Positions 1 to 9,912 of a stretch of DNA of 64,000 nt are shown here, piece after piece; position 1 is the first letter of the stretch; each line of letters opens with the position of its first letter. The stretch covers positions 21,031-85,030 of the forward strand of contig JALNWY010000001.1 in NCBI GenBank assembly GCA_023230665.1, in the 5' to 3' direction. Both the position numbers and the translations under genes were made by a program. This DNA is from Deltaproteobacteria bacterium. GTDB lineage: Bacteria > Desulfobacterota > Desulfomonilia > UBA1062. The notes under the pieces were generated by a model. The model was not told where the DNA came from. It searched no databases and was given only the letters and a program-made list of their open reading frames with translations.

Positions 1-163
1 GGGCAAGTTTCAAGCCATTCTTTTTCTTCGCGCGTCTTTTCCCATCAAAATCAGGCCGAAAATTTCCTTGCCCTGATTCTTGGTGTCCTGTATCTGTCTT
101 TCAGAAGGTTCGGTTCGTAAATCACTGCTGAGACAAGGAAAATATCTTGGTAACTTGCTTGTC

Positions 164-180
164 TTATGATAACATCATAA
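164..180. promoter_or_regulatory. Perfect 7-3-7 palindrome TTATGATAACATCATAA about 33 nt upstream of the first CDS; candidate repressor operator over a weak promoter
   Basis: Read directly from the sequence. Only perfect palindrome in the 5' intergenic region; it sits over a -10-like TAACAC element. Confidence 0.35.
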
Positions 181-212
181 CACACTCTGTGTATTGAAGA
201 CCGGGGGTTCAC

Positions 213-1673
213 ATGGATCTTACGAGGCTTTTTTTCCCGCGCACGATTGCGGTGATCGGGGCATCCCCCCATCTGGGGGGAGGGAAGCTCCCCTATTATC
301 AGGTCATCCAGCTCGCCGGATACACGGGCAGGCTCTATCCGGTAAACCCGAAATACCAGGATATCGCAGGGGCAAAGGTCTATACCTCGCTCGACGATAT
401 TCCCGAGCCCGTGGATCTGGCCATTGCATCCGTTCCCGCCAAGCTCGCGCTTAAAACCGTGGAGGCCGCGGCCCGGAACAAGGTCAAGTTCCTCCATTTT
501 TTCACCTCGGGATTCTCCGAGGTCGGCAACCGGAAGCTCGAAGAGGACATGCTCGAGGCAGCCCGCAAGGGCGGAACCAGGATCATCGGCCCCAACTGCA
601 TCGGGATCCACTGCACGCAGTCCGGGATAACCTGCGACCTGCCCAAAAGCCCCATGAAAGGGGTGGGAAATGTCGCCTTTCTGGGACAGTCAGGGGGTAT
701 GACCCACAACTTCATGCGTATGGTCCACTCGCGCTATCTGGAGCTGAACAAGGTGGTGTCCTATGGCAATCAGATCGACCTGAAGGTGGAGGACTATCTC
801 GAATACTTTGCGCACGACGACACCATCGGCGTGGTGGCCGCCTATATCGAGGACATCAAGGATATGGGCCGGTTCCTCAAGGTCCTCCGGAAGACGACCG
901 CCCGCAAGCCCGTCATCATTCTGAAGGGGGGGACCACCGAGCAGGGGGCCCGCGCAGCCGCATCCCACACCGGGGCCATGGCAGCACGCCAGGATCTGTG
1001 GTCTGCGGTCATGCGGCAGTACGGCTGCATCGAGGCGGATAATTTCGAGCACATGGTCGATCTGACCATGATGGCCGTGGCCCTTCGGGTGCCCGGCGGG
1101 AACCGCCTCGGCTTCCTGGGCGCAGGCGGAGGGACCTCGGTGCTCTTTACGGATTTAGCGGCCCGGTACGGGCTCGTTCTCCCGGAACTCGAGAGCCGGG
1201 TTCAGGAAAAGATCGGGCTGAAGATCAGCAGCGTGAACACGAGCACCGCCAACCCCGTCGATCTGGGTTTCTACGGCTTCGATTTCACCATCATGGGACA
1301 CACCATCGAGGCAATGGCTCAGGACGAGGCCATCGATGTCATCATCCCTTACTTTTCCCTCGATTTCATCACCTCGTTCCAGAGCGACCAGGTGGAAAGC
1401 GGCCCCCACGCCATCGTGGAGGCGTTCCGGAAGACGGACAAGCCCGTGGTGCCTATCCTGTCCCGGTTCACAGAGAACATGGTGGATGTCGAAAAGGTCC
1501 GCATCCGGTTTACCGAGCTGTTCCGCAAGGCCGGACTCGCGGTCTACAACACCCCGCAGGACGCCATTGCATCCATAAGCGGTTTTCTCGGATGGAAAAG
1601 GCATGCAGGCCGGGTCGCCGCGGGCGATGTGCCCTCGTCAAAGCCGCAGCTTGCGGAGGGAGGCAAGGGATGA
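213..1673 (+). CDS. NDP-forming acyl-CoA synthetase alpha-subunit-like protein (CoA-binding plus succinyl-CoA-ligase-like domains)
   Basis: 486 aa. N-terminal IAVIGAS...GG CoA-binding Rossmann signature, then FLGQSGG and GPNCIG ligase-CoA motifs. Size matches AcdA-type alpha subunits. No ATP-grasp beta subunit is adjacent. Confidence 0.6.
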   Translation: MDLTRLFFPRTIAVIGASPHLGGGKLPYYQVIQLAGYTGRLYPVNPKYQDIAGAKVYTSLDDIPEPVDLAIASVPAKLALKTVEAAARNKVKFLHFFTSGFSEVGNRKLEEDMLEAARKGGTRIIGPNCIGIHCTQSGITCDLPKSPMKGVGNVAFLGQSGGMTHNFMRMVHSRYLELNKVVSYGNQIDLKVEDYLEYFAHDDTIGVVAAYIEDIKDMGRFLKVLRKTTARKPVIILKGGTTEQGARAAASHTGAMAARQDLWSAVMRQYGCIEADNFEHMVDLTMMAVALRVPGGNRLGFLGAGGGTSVLFTDLAARYGLVLPELESRVQEKIGLKISSVNTSTANPVDLGFYGFDFTIMGHTIEAMAQDEAIDVIIPYFSLDFITSFQSDQVESGPHAIVEAFRKTDKPVVPILSRFTENMVDVEKVRIRFTELFRKAGLAVYNTPQDAIASISGFLGWKRHAGRVAAGDVPSSKPQLAEGGKG

Positions 1674-2614
1674 ACTACCTGGTCATGGGCGCAGGCGCCC
1701 TGGGAAGTGTCTTCGGGGGCCTGCTGGCTGAGAAGGGGCACGAGGTCGCCTTCGTGGGTCTGGACGATCATCTGAAGGCCATGCAGGACCGGGGGCTTGC
1801 CATTCGCGGCATCTGGGGGGATCACGCGGTCCCGGAGGTCAGAACCTTCTACGGCGTACAGGGGCTTGAAGGAACCTTCGATATCGTGCTCCTGAGCGTG
1901 AAGTCATATCATACCTCCCGGGTGATTCAGCAGACCCTGCCCTTCATGCATGACAACACCCTGGTGTTTTCGATCCAGAACGGCCTGGGGAACTGGGAGG
2001 CGATCGCTCGGGTCGTGGGATGGAGCCGGACTGTAGGGGCTCGCGTGATCTTCGGGGCCGAAATCGAGGAGCCGGGTATTGCGCGCGTCACGGTCTACGC
2101 GGACAAGGTGCTGCTGGGAAGCCCCTCGGGCGACGTTCCCGCAGAGAGGATCCGGCAGGTAGCGGACGACTTCAACAAGGCCGGCATCCCGACCGCCTTG
2201 AGCGACCACATCGAATCGTCCCTATGGGGCAAGGTCCTCTACAACTGCTCGCTCAACGCCCTGGGCGCCATACTGAACGTGCCGTACGGGCATCTGGAGA
2301 CCGTGCCCGAGTTACGCGCAACCTTACGACAGATCATTTCCGAGATCTTTGCCGTGGCCAAGGCCAAGGGGGTCGCGCTTCCCTATGCAGGGCCGGAAGG
2401 ATACTACCGGTTTCTCATGAAAGAGCAGCTCCCGCCCACCGCGGCCCACCGGTCATCCATGCTCCAGGACCTGGACCGGGGGAACCTGACCGAGATCGAT
2501 GCCTTAAACGGCGCCATTGTGCGCTATGGAAAGGATCTCTCGGTGCCCACGCCCGTAAACGAGGTCGTCACGGCCATCATCAAGGGCATAGAGGCGAGCA
2601 GCGCAGGGGCCTGA
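1670..2614 (+). CDS. panE: 2-dehydropantoate 2-reductase (ketopantoate reductase)
   Basis: N-terminal MNYLVMGAGALGSVFGG NAD(P)-binding motif and ApbA/PanE-like C-terminal domain. ATG overlaps the upstream stop (ATGA). Confidence 0.8.
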   Translation: MNYLVMGAGALGSVFGGLLAEKGHEVAFVGLDDHLKAMQDRGLAIRGIWGDHAVPEVRTFYGVQGLEGTFDIVLLSVKSYHTSRVIQQTLPFMHDNTLVFSIQNGLGNWEAIARVVGWSRTVGARVIFGAEIEEPGIARVTVYADKVLLGSPSGDVPAERIRQVADDFNKAGIPTALSDHIESSLWGKVLYNCSLNALGAILNVPYGHLETVPELRATLRQIISEIFAVAKAKGVALPYAGPEGYYRFLMKEQLPPTAAHRSSMLQDLDRGNLTEIDALNGAIVRYGKDLSVPTPVNEVVTAIIKGIEASSAGA

Positions 2615-2782
2615 TCCCTTTCCCTTTCCCGTGAAAGCCCCGGGAAGCCCGCCATCCAGGAAGGCGCGTGGCAACCATTTCCTCCTGGTCAGGGGGCTTA
2701 TCCATCTTTCGCTTATCGCCGCGGGCAGACGGAAACTCCTTGGGCCCGGAGGTGTCGGGAAACCACCAGACAGGCTGCCTGC

Positions 2783-4165
2783 TCATTCCGGACCAGCCCC
2801 CTTTCCCGCCGCCAATGCAGAGGATGCGCTGCGCCCGGCTGCGAGCCTGATCTCCCGGTACATGGACAGATCGAGCCCCTCCCAGGCGCAGGGGAGCAGC
2901 GTGTTGTTATGGAACAGGGGGTCCTCGTCCAGGGGATACCTGCTGAACCGTAGGGCCTCCTCCCACATGCCGGTGCCGGGCAGGGGCGAATACTCGGTGA
3001 TGACCGGTCTGGCGCCAGAGCTCCTGACGAACTCGACGGCATCGAGGACCTCCCGCGCATGCTGGCCCGGCAGGCCGCAGAGGATATACACACCGATATC
3101 CGAGGGGTCGAATCCCGCGCGGGAGAGGTTTTCCAGGGCGTGCAGGAGCTCGTCGTTGGAGACCTTTCCGCCGGTTTTTTCCTGCAGGACAGGGTCCGAG
3201 GTCTCCAGGCCGAGCCGTATGGTGGCGAACCCGCTTTCCTTCATGGCTGAAGCCACCTCCGGGCTTAAGTATCGGGCGTGCAGGGCATTGGGACAGTGAA
3301 ACCTGACGCCAAGCCGCCTTTGGACGATCTCCTGCATGAACGGCAGGGCAAACCTTTGGCTCCGGAAGAGAAAGGCGTCGTCATACAGGGCGAAATCATC
3401 TATCTGGTAACGGCGGTGCCAGTGCTCGACTTCGTCGACTGCCTTATGCGGATCTCTCACACGAAGACCGGATGCGAGCAGGTGTGAGGCGCAGTAGGTG
3501 CAGCGGAACGGGCATCCCCGGGAGGTCTGGATGCAGACATATCTCAAGGGCTCCACGAGATCGAACAGGGGGTAGGGAAGACTGTCGAGATTATCCATGT
3601 CCGGGCAATATCCCGGGCTTGTCCTCCAGAGCCTACCGAGCACTCGCAGGGCCTCGAGCTCGCCCTCCCCGCACAGGACATGGTCCGCGCCCGCGTGTTT
3701 TCCGGCATGGCCGCCGCACAGGGTCGCATAGATTCCCCCCAGCAGGACAACAGCCCGGGGAAAAGCCTCCCGCACGCACCTGACCGCCTCGTGCACCCCC
3801 GGATACCAGTAGGTCATCTGCGAGGTGACCAGGACCGCGTCCGGTTCCCCGATCTTCCCGAGATCATGGTAAAAAGCCTCCCTGCTGATGCCGTATCTGC
3901 CGTATCGCCGGGGAAACCCTTTCAGGAGCGCGGGGGAATCCACGATCTGACGATAAAACTTGCCGTGCCCGCCCGGATGCGCCTTGGGGGGTTTCCCGCC
4001 CATCTGTTCGTGGGGCGCCTTGAGGCAGTCCACAAAGGACACCTCGCACCCGTTGAGCCTCAGGAGTGCCCCCAGAAAGAGGAGTCCCAGAGGCTTTGCC
4101 CACAGGTCATACGCCGCAAAGTCATAGATCCAGGGGTTGACCAGGAGTACTCGTTTTCCCTTCAT
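2783..4165 (-). CDS. B12-binding-domain radical SAM protein
   Basis: N-terminal MKGKRVLLVNPW...AYDLW...LGLLFLGALL cobalamin-binding fold, then a CxxxCxxC-type cluster in TSRGCPFRCTYCAS. Start set at MKGKR (ATG at 4165), which has a GAGG Shine-Dalgarno sequence upstream. Confidence 0.75.
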   Translation of the reverse strand: MKGKRVLLVNPWIYDFAAYDLWAKPLGLLFLGALLRLNGCEVSFVDCLKAPHEQMGGKPPKAHPGGHGKFYRQIVDSPALLKGFPRRYGRYGISREAFYHDLGKIGEPDAVLVTSQMTYWYPGVHEAVRCVREAFPRAVVLLGGIYATLCGGHAGKHAGADHVLCGEGELEALRVLGRLWRTSPGYCPDMDNLDSLPYPLFDLVEPLRYVCIQTSRGCPFRCTYCASHLLASGLRVRDPHKAVDEVEHWHRRYQIDDFALYDDAFLFRSQRFALPFMQEIVQRRLGVRFHCPNALHARYLSPEVASAMKESGFATIRLGLETSDPVLQEKTGGKVSNDELLHALENLSRAGFDPSDIGVYILCGLPGQHAREVLDAVEFVRSSGARPVITEYSPLPGTGMWEEALRFSRYPLDEDPLFHNNTLLPCAWEGLDLSMYREIRLAAGRSASSALAAGKGAGPE

Positions 4166-4273
4166 GCCTTCCTCGCCCCTTTGCCCTCGGCTTGTCATGG
4201 CATCTGATGCTGCCAGGCCCGGCCATCCTACCTCTGCCGGTCCATGGATGGCAAGCGGTTGCAAGGAGCGCCC

Positions 4274-5392
4274 TTACCGGAACGTGGCCCTGAAGCGGTA
4301 CATGGCCCCGACGAACAGCACCGTGCCGATGAGAGCCATGGCTGCGAGCTGCGGCCACACCGTGCCGAGCCCGGCATCCCTGAACAGGACCCGCGCACAG
4401 AACTCCATGTAGTGGGTGGTCGGCGCGAACTGCATGATATTCTGCAGCAGCGGCGGCATGGACTCTAAGGGCGTTGTCCCGCCATGCAGCATTCCTATGG
4501 GAACAATGATGGGCATGCTCAAAAGCCCTGCCTGGGGCATGTTCTTGGCAATGGTTGAAAGGAACACTCCGAGTTCGGTGGCTGCATAGAGGAACACGAG
4601 GGTGCCGAGGAGAAAGAGGGCCGTGGAACCGTGAATCGGCGCCCCAAGGACCCCCTTTACGGCAAAGAAGAGCGAGAACATGGCCCCGGAGGCAACAATG
4701 AAACTGTTGGCCCAGACCTTTGCGATGGTTATCTCCACAGGGAGCAGCGGCATGACGAGCAGGTGCTCCACAGTGCCGCGCTCCTTCTCCTTGATCAGGG
4801 CCGCGGTAGGCAGGACAATGGACAGCATGGTGATCATCTGGGTGAGAAACACAACACCCATGTACCACGAGCTTTCGCGGTTCTGGTTGTAGAGCACACG
4901 GGTGACCAGCCGGATGGGCAGGTCAGCCTCGGTGCTCACGCCGGTCACGAAGGTGTTGATCTCATCGTTGATGATCCTCATCAGGTAGCCTGCTCCGAGC
5001 TTGGCATGGCCGATGGCGGTGGCGTCCACATCTATGCGGATCCCGGGGTTCTTTCCCGCCAGCACGTCCCGCTGGAACCCGGGCGGGATGTGGATGACGA
5101 AGATGCACTCGGCGTTGTCAAGGACCCGGTCGATCCCGGCATATGCGATGGCGCGGGGTTTCTTGAAATACGGCTCCTGTATGGCATCCACGATCCGCGC
5201 AGACAAGGCGGACCGGTCCTCGTCCACGTAGGCCACCGAGGAGCTGCGCACCTGGAGTCCGGTGCCCTTGGAGGGGACTATGATCATGACCGTAAAGCAA
5301 TAGGCGACCAGGGCCACCAGCACGAAGTCGTAGCGGAAGCTGATGAGTTCCTTGAGCCCGAGCCGGTAGATGTGCCAAGTCTTTCTCATCAT
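4274..5392 (-). CDS. ABC-2 type transporter permease (YhhJ-like)
   Basis: 372 aa polytopic membrane protein with ABC-2 topology. Lies immediately downstream of the RbbA-like gene with a 1-nt gap. Confidence 0.75.
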   Translation of the reverse strand: MMRKTWHIYRLGLKELISFRYDFVLVALVAYCFTVMIIVPSKGTGLQVRSSSVAYVDEDRSALSARIVDAIQEPYFKKPRAIAYAGIDRVLDNAECIFVIHIPPGFQRDVLAGKNPGIRIDVDATAIGHAKLGAGYLMRIINDEINTFVTGVSTEADLPIRLVTRVLYNQNRESSWYMGVVFLTQMITMLSIVLPTAALIKEKERGTVEHLLVMPLLPVEITIAKVWANSFIVASGAMFSLFFAVKGVLGAPIHGSTALFLLGTLVFLYAATELGVFLSTIAKNMPQAGLLSMPIIVPIGMLHGGTTPLESMPPLLQNIMQFAPTTHYMEFCARVLFRDAGLGTVWPQLAAMALIGTVLFVGAMYRFRATFR

Positions 5393-5393
5393 G

Positions 5394-8150
5394 TCACGGC
5401 TCCTGCTTCTTCAATAAAAAGACCGTCAAGGCCTGTAAGGCGATGTAGTACCCGATGAGATAGACAAAGTTCCAGGCGAGTTCAGCAAACCCGATGCCCT
5501 TGGTGAAGGTTCCGACAGCGATGCTCAGGAAATATCGCGAGGGAAAGATCCACGACATGACCTGCGCGCCTCCCGTAAGGGCGGACACCGGCGTGGTGAG
5601 GCCCGAAAACTCGAAGGAGGGGACAAGCGTGAGGGCAAAGGCTGCCACGAGAGCCGCTATCTGTGTCCTGGTGAAAGTGGAGATCAGAAGGCCGATACCG
5701 GTGCTCGTGACAATGTACAGCAGTGCGCCCAGCGCCAGTGCTGCGGCGCTTCCCTTGAAGGGGATCCGGAACAGGTACAGGATCACGGCTACCAGGATGA
5801 GAAAGCTGATGAAGTTCAATACGATGTAGGGAATCTGCTTTCCCCAGAGATACTCCAGGCGTGTCATGGGGCTCGAATAGAAGTTCGAGATGGACCCCAG
5901 CTCTTTCTCCCTCACCACGCCGATGGCCGTGAGCATGGATGGGACGAGCAGGAGTACGACTGCCATAAGTCCGGGCACGACGGAGAAACGGCTCATCACG
6001 CGGGGATTATACCAGTAGCGGGGCTCGATGTTTGCGTATGAGAACCTGGCCGGCACCGGAGACAGCTCGGCCAGATCGGCGAGATAAGACAGATGCACCG
6101 CCTCGACATAGTTTTTTGTTGTTTCGGCACGAAACGGCATGGTCCCGTCGATCCAGACTCCCACCTCAGGGCTCCCTCCCCGCTTGATGTCCTTTTCAAA
6201 CCCTGGCGGGATCTCGATCACAAACGTGAACGCGCTCTCCTGAAAACCCTTTTCGATCTCCGTATGGGAGCGTATGGCGGGCCGCTCGTTGAAGAAACGG
6301 GAACCCGAGTAGTATTCCAGATAATCCCGGCTCCAGAGCTTCTGGTCGTAATCCAGGATGTTGAAGTTGATGTTCTCGATATCCGTCGAGATGCCGAAGC
6401 CGAACACGATGAGAAGAAAGGGCGTGATGATGAACGAGGTGATGAGCCTCACCGGGTCGCGGAAGAGCTCCATGGTTTCTCTCCGGGCAAGGGCTGCAAG
6501 CCGGCCCGCGTCGAACCACCCACCCTGCGCGCGCTCTCGTCCGGGGGCGGTCGTAAAGGGGATGCCTTTGCGCCCGTCACCGGCCTCTGGTATGCCCGAG
6601 CGCATCTTGATGTCATCTTCCATATATCCGATGAACGCATCCTCGAGAGTCGTGCAGCCGCGCCGGGCCATGAGTTCGGCGGGAGATGCGCAGGCCAGGA
6701 CCCGGCCCATGCTCATGAGCGCCACCCGGTCGCACCGGGACGCCTCGTTCATGTAATGGGTGGTCACGAAGATCGTCACCCCGTACTCGCGGGAAAACTT
6801 GATGAGGATTTCCCAGAAGTGGTCCCGGGCCACCGGGTCGACGCCCGAGGTAGGCTCGTCGAGGATGAGTATCTCCGGAGAATGAATGGCCGCAACCGCA
6901 AGCGAGAGGCGCTGCCGCATGCCGAGAGGAAGACGCTCGGCCCGGTCATCCATGACCTCGGTGAGCCCGAACTGCTCGGCCATCTCTCCGACCCGGGCCG
7001 GCACCTCGTCCATAGGCAGATCAAAGAGATGGGCGTGCATATCCAGGTTTTGCCGGACCGTCAGCTCGCCATAGAGCGAAAACGTCTGCGACATGTACCC
7101 GATGCGCCTCTTGATCCCGATGCTCCCGGCCTCCACCGGACTCCCGAAAAGCAAGGCCTCGCCCTCGGTCGGCCGCAGAAGCCCGGTGAGCATCTTCATG
7201 GTCGTGGTCTTTCCGCACCCGTTGGAGCCCACAAAGCCGAAAATCTCGCCCCTGGGGATGGAAAAAGAGACATTGTCCACGGCCGTGAAGTCCCCAAAGC
7301 GTTTGGTGAGGCCGCTGGCCTTGATTGCAGAGCCGTCATCAGAACGTATGGGCGGCGGGGTCGTGAATGCGCGGTGGCCGTAGCGCATCTCTTCGGGCAG
7401 CAGGACGATGTAGGCCTCCTCAATGGTGGCCGTGCCGGTCCCGGCCTTCAATTCAGCGGGCGTTCCGCAGGCAAGGACGCGCCCTCCCTCCATCATGACC
7501 AGCCAGTCGAGGTGCTCCGCTTCCTCCATGTATGCGGTTGCGATGAGAATGCTCATGCCCCCGCAGTAAGCGCTCATATCCTTGATGAGCTCCCAGAACT
7601 GCCGGCGGGACAGCGGATCGACCCCGGTTGTGGGCTCGTCCATGATGAGCAGCTCCGGGTCGTGGATCAGGGCGCAGCACAGGCCCAGCTTCTGCTTCAT
7701 GCCTCCGGAAAGCTGTCCTGCTGGCCTGTCCGCAAAGGGCGAGAGGCTCGTTGCCTCAAGGAGGCGCTGTATGCGCTCCTGTCGTTCTGTGAAAGTAAAA
7801 CCGAAGAGGCGGCCGAAAAAATCGACGTTCTCGGTTACCGAAAGGGTTGCGTAGAGATTCTGGCCCAGGCCCTGGGGGATGTAGGCGATATCGGAACAGA
7901 CGTTGTGGCGGTGAATGCCCGAACGCATGTCGCCGCCCAGGACCGAGATCGAACCCTGCTGAATCTTCTTCTGGCCGGCGATGATGCCGAGCAAGGTGGA
8001 TTTCCCCACCCCGTCGGGACCGATGAATCCGACCTGGCAGCCGCCGGGGATATCGAGACCGACCCCGTTCAGGGCGATCTTGCCGCCATAGCGGTGTCCG
8101 ACGCCCCTGATCCGCGCGATGGCGGGGCGGTCATCCGCAGGCCCGTTCAT
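5394..8150 (-). CDS. rbbA: Ribosome-associated-ATPase-like fused ABC protein: two ATP-binding cassettes plus a C-terminal ABC-2 permease (RbbA/YhiH-like)
   Basis: 918 aa. Two Walker A motifs (GPDGVGKST, GSNGCGKTT), two LSGG signatures and a C-terminal membrane domain. The start ATG overlaps the HlyD stop (ATGA). Confidence 0.8.
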   Translation of the reverse strand: MNGPADDRPAIARIRGVGHRYGGKIALNGVGLDIPGGCQVGFIGPDGVGKSTLLGIIAGQKKIQQGSISVLGGDMRSGIHRHNVCSDIAYIPQGLGQNLYATLSVTENVDFFGRLFGFTFTERQERIQRLLEATSLSPFADRPAGQLSGGMKQKLGLCCALIHDPELLIMDEPTTGVDPLSRRQFWELIKDMSAYCGGMSILIATAYMEEAEHLDWLVMMEGGRVLACGTPAELKAGTGTATIEEAYIVLLPEEMRYGHRAFTTPPPIRSDDGSAIKASGLTKRFGDFTAVDNVSFSIPRGEIFGFVGSNGCGKTTTMKMLTGLLRPTEGEALLFGSPVEAGSIGIKRRIGYMSQTFSLYGELTVRQNLDMHAHLFDLPMDEVPARVGEMAEQFGLTEVMDDRAERLPLGMRQRLSLAVAAIHSPEILILDEPTSGVDPVARDHFWEILIKFSREYGVTIFVTTHYMNEASRCDRVALMSMGRVLACASPAELMARRGCTTLEDAFIGYMEDDIKMRSGIPEAGDGRKGIPFTTAPGRERAQGGWFDAGRLAALARRETMELFRDPVRLITSFIITPFLLIVFGFGISTDIENINFNILDYDQKLWSRDYLEYYSGSRFFNERPAIRSHTEIEKGFQESAFTFVIEIPPGFEKDIKRGGSPEVGVWIDGTMPFRAETTKNYVEAVHLSYLADLAELSPVPARFSYANIEPRYWYNPRVMSRFSVVPGLMAVVLLLVPSMLTAIGVVREKELGSISNFYSSPMTRLEYLWGKQIPYIVLNFISFLILVAVILYLFRIPFKGSAAALALGALLYIVTSTGIGLLISTFTRTQIAALVAAFALTLVPSFEFSGLTTPVSALTGGAQVMSWIFPSRYFLSIAVGTFTKGIGFAELAWNFVYLIGYYIALQALTVFLLKKQEP

Positions 8151-9118
8151 TTGAGCCTCTCCGGCCAGTCGGCTTCAGGATCGAGGCGCATATACGCGAC
8201 ACCGGGCATGCCGGGCTTCAGGCGGGGATCGTCAAATTCGGACAAGCTCACGGTCACCCGGAAAACAAGCTTCTGACGCTCTTGGGCAGCCTCAACCTCT
8301 TTCGGGGTGAACTGGGCCTTTTGCGAGACATAGGCCACCCTCGCCGCAAAGGGCCTGTCCGGAATGGCGTCCAGAACAACCTTTGCATCGCCGCCCAGCG
8401 GGACCATGCCGGCCAACCGTTCGGAGAGAAAAACATTCATATAGACGTCCTGAACATTCACGATGGTCAGGATCTTGCCTCCTGCGGGCAGGACCTCGCC
8501 GGGTTCGGCAAGGCGAGTGAGGACAGGCCCACTGATGGGGCATTTCAGCATGCAGTCGCTGATATCCGCCCCCAGGCGCTCGGCCTGTGCACCGGCGGAT
8601 ACGATCGCCGCCTCGATCTCTGCGATGGACGACTTTGCTGCGGCATACTCCGCCTGAAGGGTCTGCTGCGCCAACCGGTCGCGGTCATACTGCTGCTCCG
8701 GCATGACGCCCCGTTCATAGAGGTTTTTCGACCGTTTGAGCTCCTTGTCGGCCAACTCGAGCCTGAGCCGGGCTCCCTCGGCGCGGGAGATGGCGGTCAG
8801 GCGCGCCTGCCTGAGCCGGGCCACTTCGGCCTCGGCCTGCCTGAGCTGTGCCTGAAGGGATGAAATATCCATCCTGGCCACGATCCGGCCCTCTTCCACC
8901 AGGTCGCCCTCTTCGACAAGGACCTCTGCAATCCGCCCGGGCGTCTTGGTGGCGATGTCGACCTCGGTTGCCTCCAGCCGTCCGTTTCCGTATGCAATCC
9001 CTGCCGGCAGAGCGTCCTTGTCTGCCTGCAGGAATACATGATATGCCAGCGCACCCGCCAGGGGGACGGCGATGCACGCCAGAGAAATCCTCTTCAGAAA
9101 ATGCCTGTCTCTCAACAT
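8147..9118 (-). CDS. HlyD-family secretion/efflux periplasmic adaptor
   Basis: N-terminal transmembrane anchor, long coiled-coil (LQAQLRQAEAEVARLRQARL...) and a beta-barrel C-terminal domain. Start placed at the internal M (MLRDRH, ATG 9118), which has a GGAGG Shine-Dalgarno sequence 6 nt upstream. Confidence 0.75.
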   Translation of the reverse strand: MLRDRHFLKRISLACIAVPLAGALAYHVFLQADKDALPAGIAYGNGRLEATEVDIATKTPGRIAEVLVEEGDLVEEGRIVARMDISSLQAQLRQAEAEVARLRQARLTAISRAEGARLRLELADKELKRSKNLYERGVMPEQQYDRDRLAQQTLQAEYAAAKSSIAEIEAAIVSAGAQAERLGADISDCMLKCPISGPVLTRLAEPGEVLPAGGKILTIVNVQDVYMNVFLSERLAGMVPLGGDAKVVLDAIPDRPFAARVAYVSQKAQFTPKEVEAAQERQKLVFRVTVSLSEFDDPRLKPGMPGVAYMRLDPEADWPERLK

Positions 9119-9238
9119 GATCCCTCCTCGCACCAAAACAGTCGAACCTAAAAAGCCTGTCCGGTAAAAACAGTCTCGCGGACAGCGGCCGTTCAGCCGG
9201 CAGGCCCTTTTGAAAGCCTGTCGATGATCTGTGCGTGA

Positions 9239-9886
9239 TCAGCTTCCGTGCTTCCCGGTGTGCGAAGACCCCGCAGGCCCTGTTTGACGTTCCTTTTCCG
9301 GCAGGAGCCTGTTCATGACTCCGGACACGCTCCGGCGAATTTCCTCCAGATCGAGGTCCTTGTTCAGAACCTGCCGAACGATCACTCCCTCCATCATGGC
9401 GATCATGAGTGCGGCATAGATCTTCTTGTCCGGAACGGCAAACTCGCCGGCACGTTCACCGTCATCGAGAAGCCCGGTTAAGATCCGGCCGTAGAAGCGA
9501 TACTGATCCATCAGCATCTCCCGGATGGATTCATCCAAAAACGAGCTTTCCCAGAATACGATCAGCGCGCTAAAGAGCTCGATGTCTTCCTGCAGTGACC
9601 GGGCCAAGCGCTCACCAATGGCCACGATCCTGTCTCTTGCCGAGCGGATGCTCCCGATCTCGGTGAGAATCCTGTTCAGGGTCTCTTCGACAAATACCCG
9701 GAACAAATCGATGAGCACTGCCTTTTTCGAAGGATAGTACCAGTAGAGGCTGCCCTTGGACATGCCGTATTCGGCCGCGATCTCGTCAATCGTGGTCTGG
9801 GCATAGCCCTTGCGCTGGAAACAGCGCTTGGCCGCAGCGAGTATCTGCTGCTTCCTGATCCCGGAAGACACCCTGGGGCCTTTCAA
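9239..9886 (-). CDS. TetR/AcrR-family transcriptional regulator
   Basis: N-terminal helix-turn-helix RKQQILAAAKRCFQRKGYAQTTIDEIAAEYGMSKGSLYWYY. The only in-frame start after the upstream stop is TTG at 9886, preceded by a GAGGGAGGG Shine-Dalgarno sequence. First gene of the exporter operon. Confidence 0.8.
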   Translation of the reverse strand: MKGPRVSSGIRKQQILAAAKRCFQRKGYAQTTIDEIAAEYGMSKGSLYWYYPSKKAVLIDLFRVFVEETLNRILTEIGSIRSARDRIVAIGERLARSLQEDIELFSALIVFWESSFLDESIREMLMDQYRFYGRILTGLLDDGERAGEFAVPDKKIYAALMIAMMEGVIVRQVLNKDLDLEEIRRSVSGVMNRLLPEKERQTGPAGSSHTGKHGS

Positions 9887-9912
9887 AACCCTCCCTCATT
9901 CATTCATAACAT

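Noticed and set aside
6093-8276. 727-aa plus-strand ORF
   Set aside because: Antisense to the RbbA-like ABC gene. It has no recognisable domain, and the rbbA frame carries clear Walker and ABC-signature motifs.
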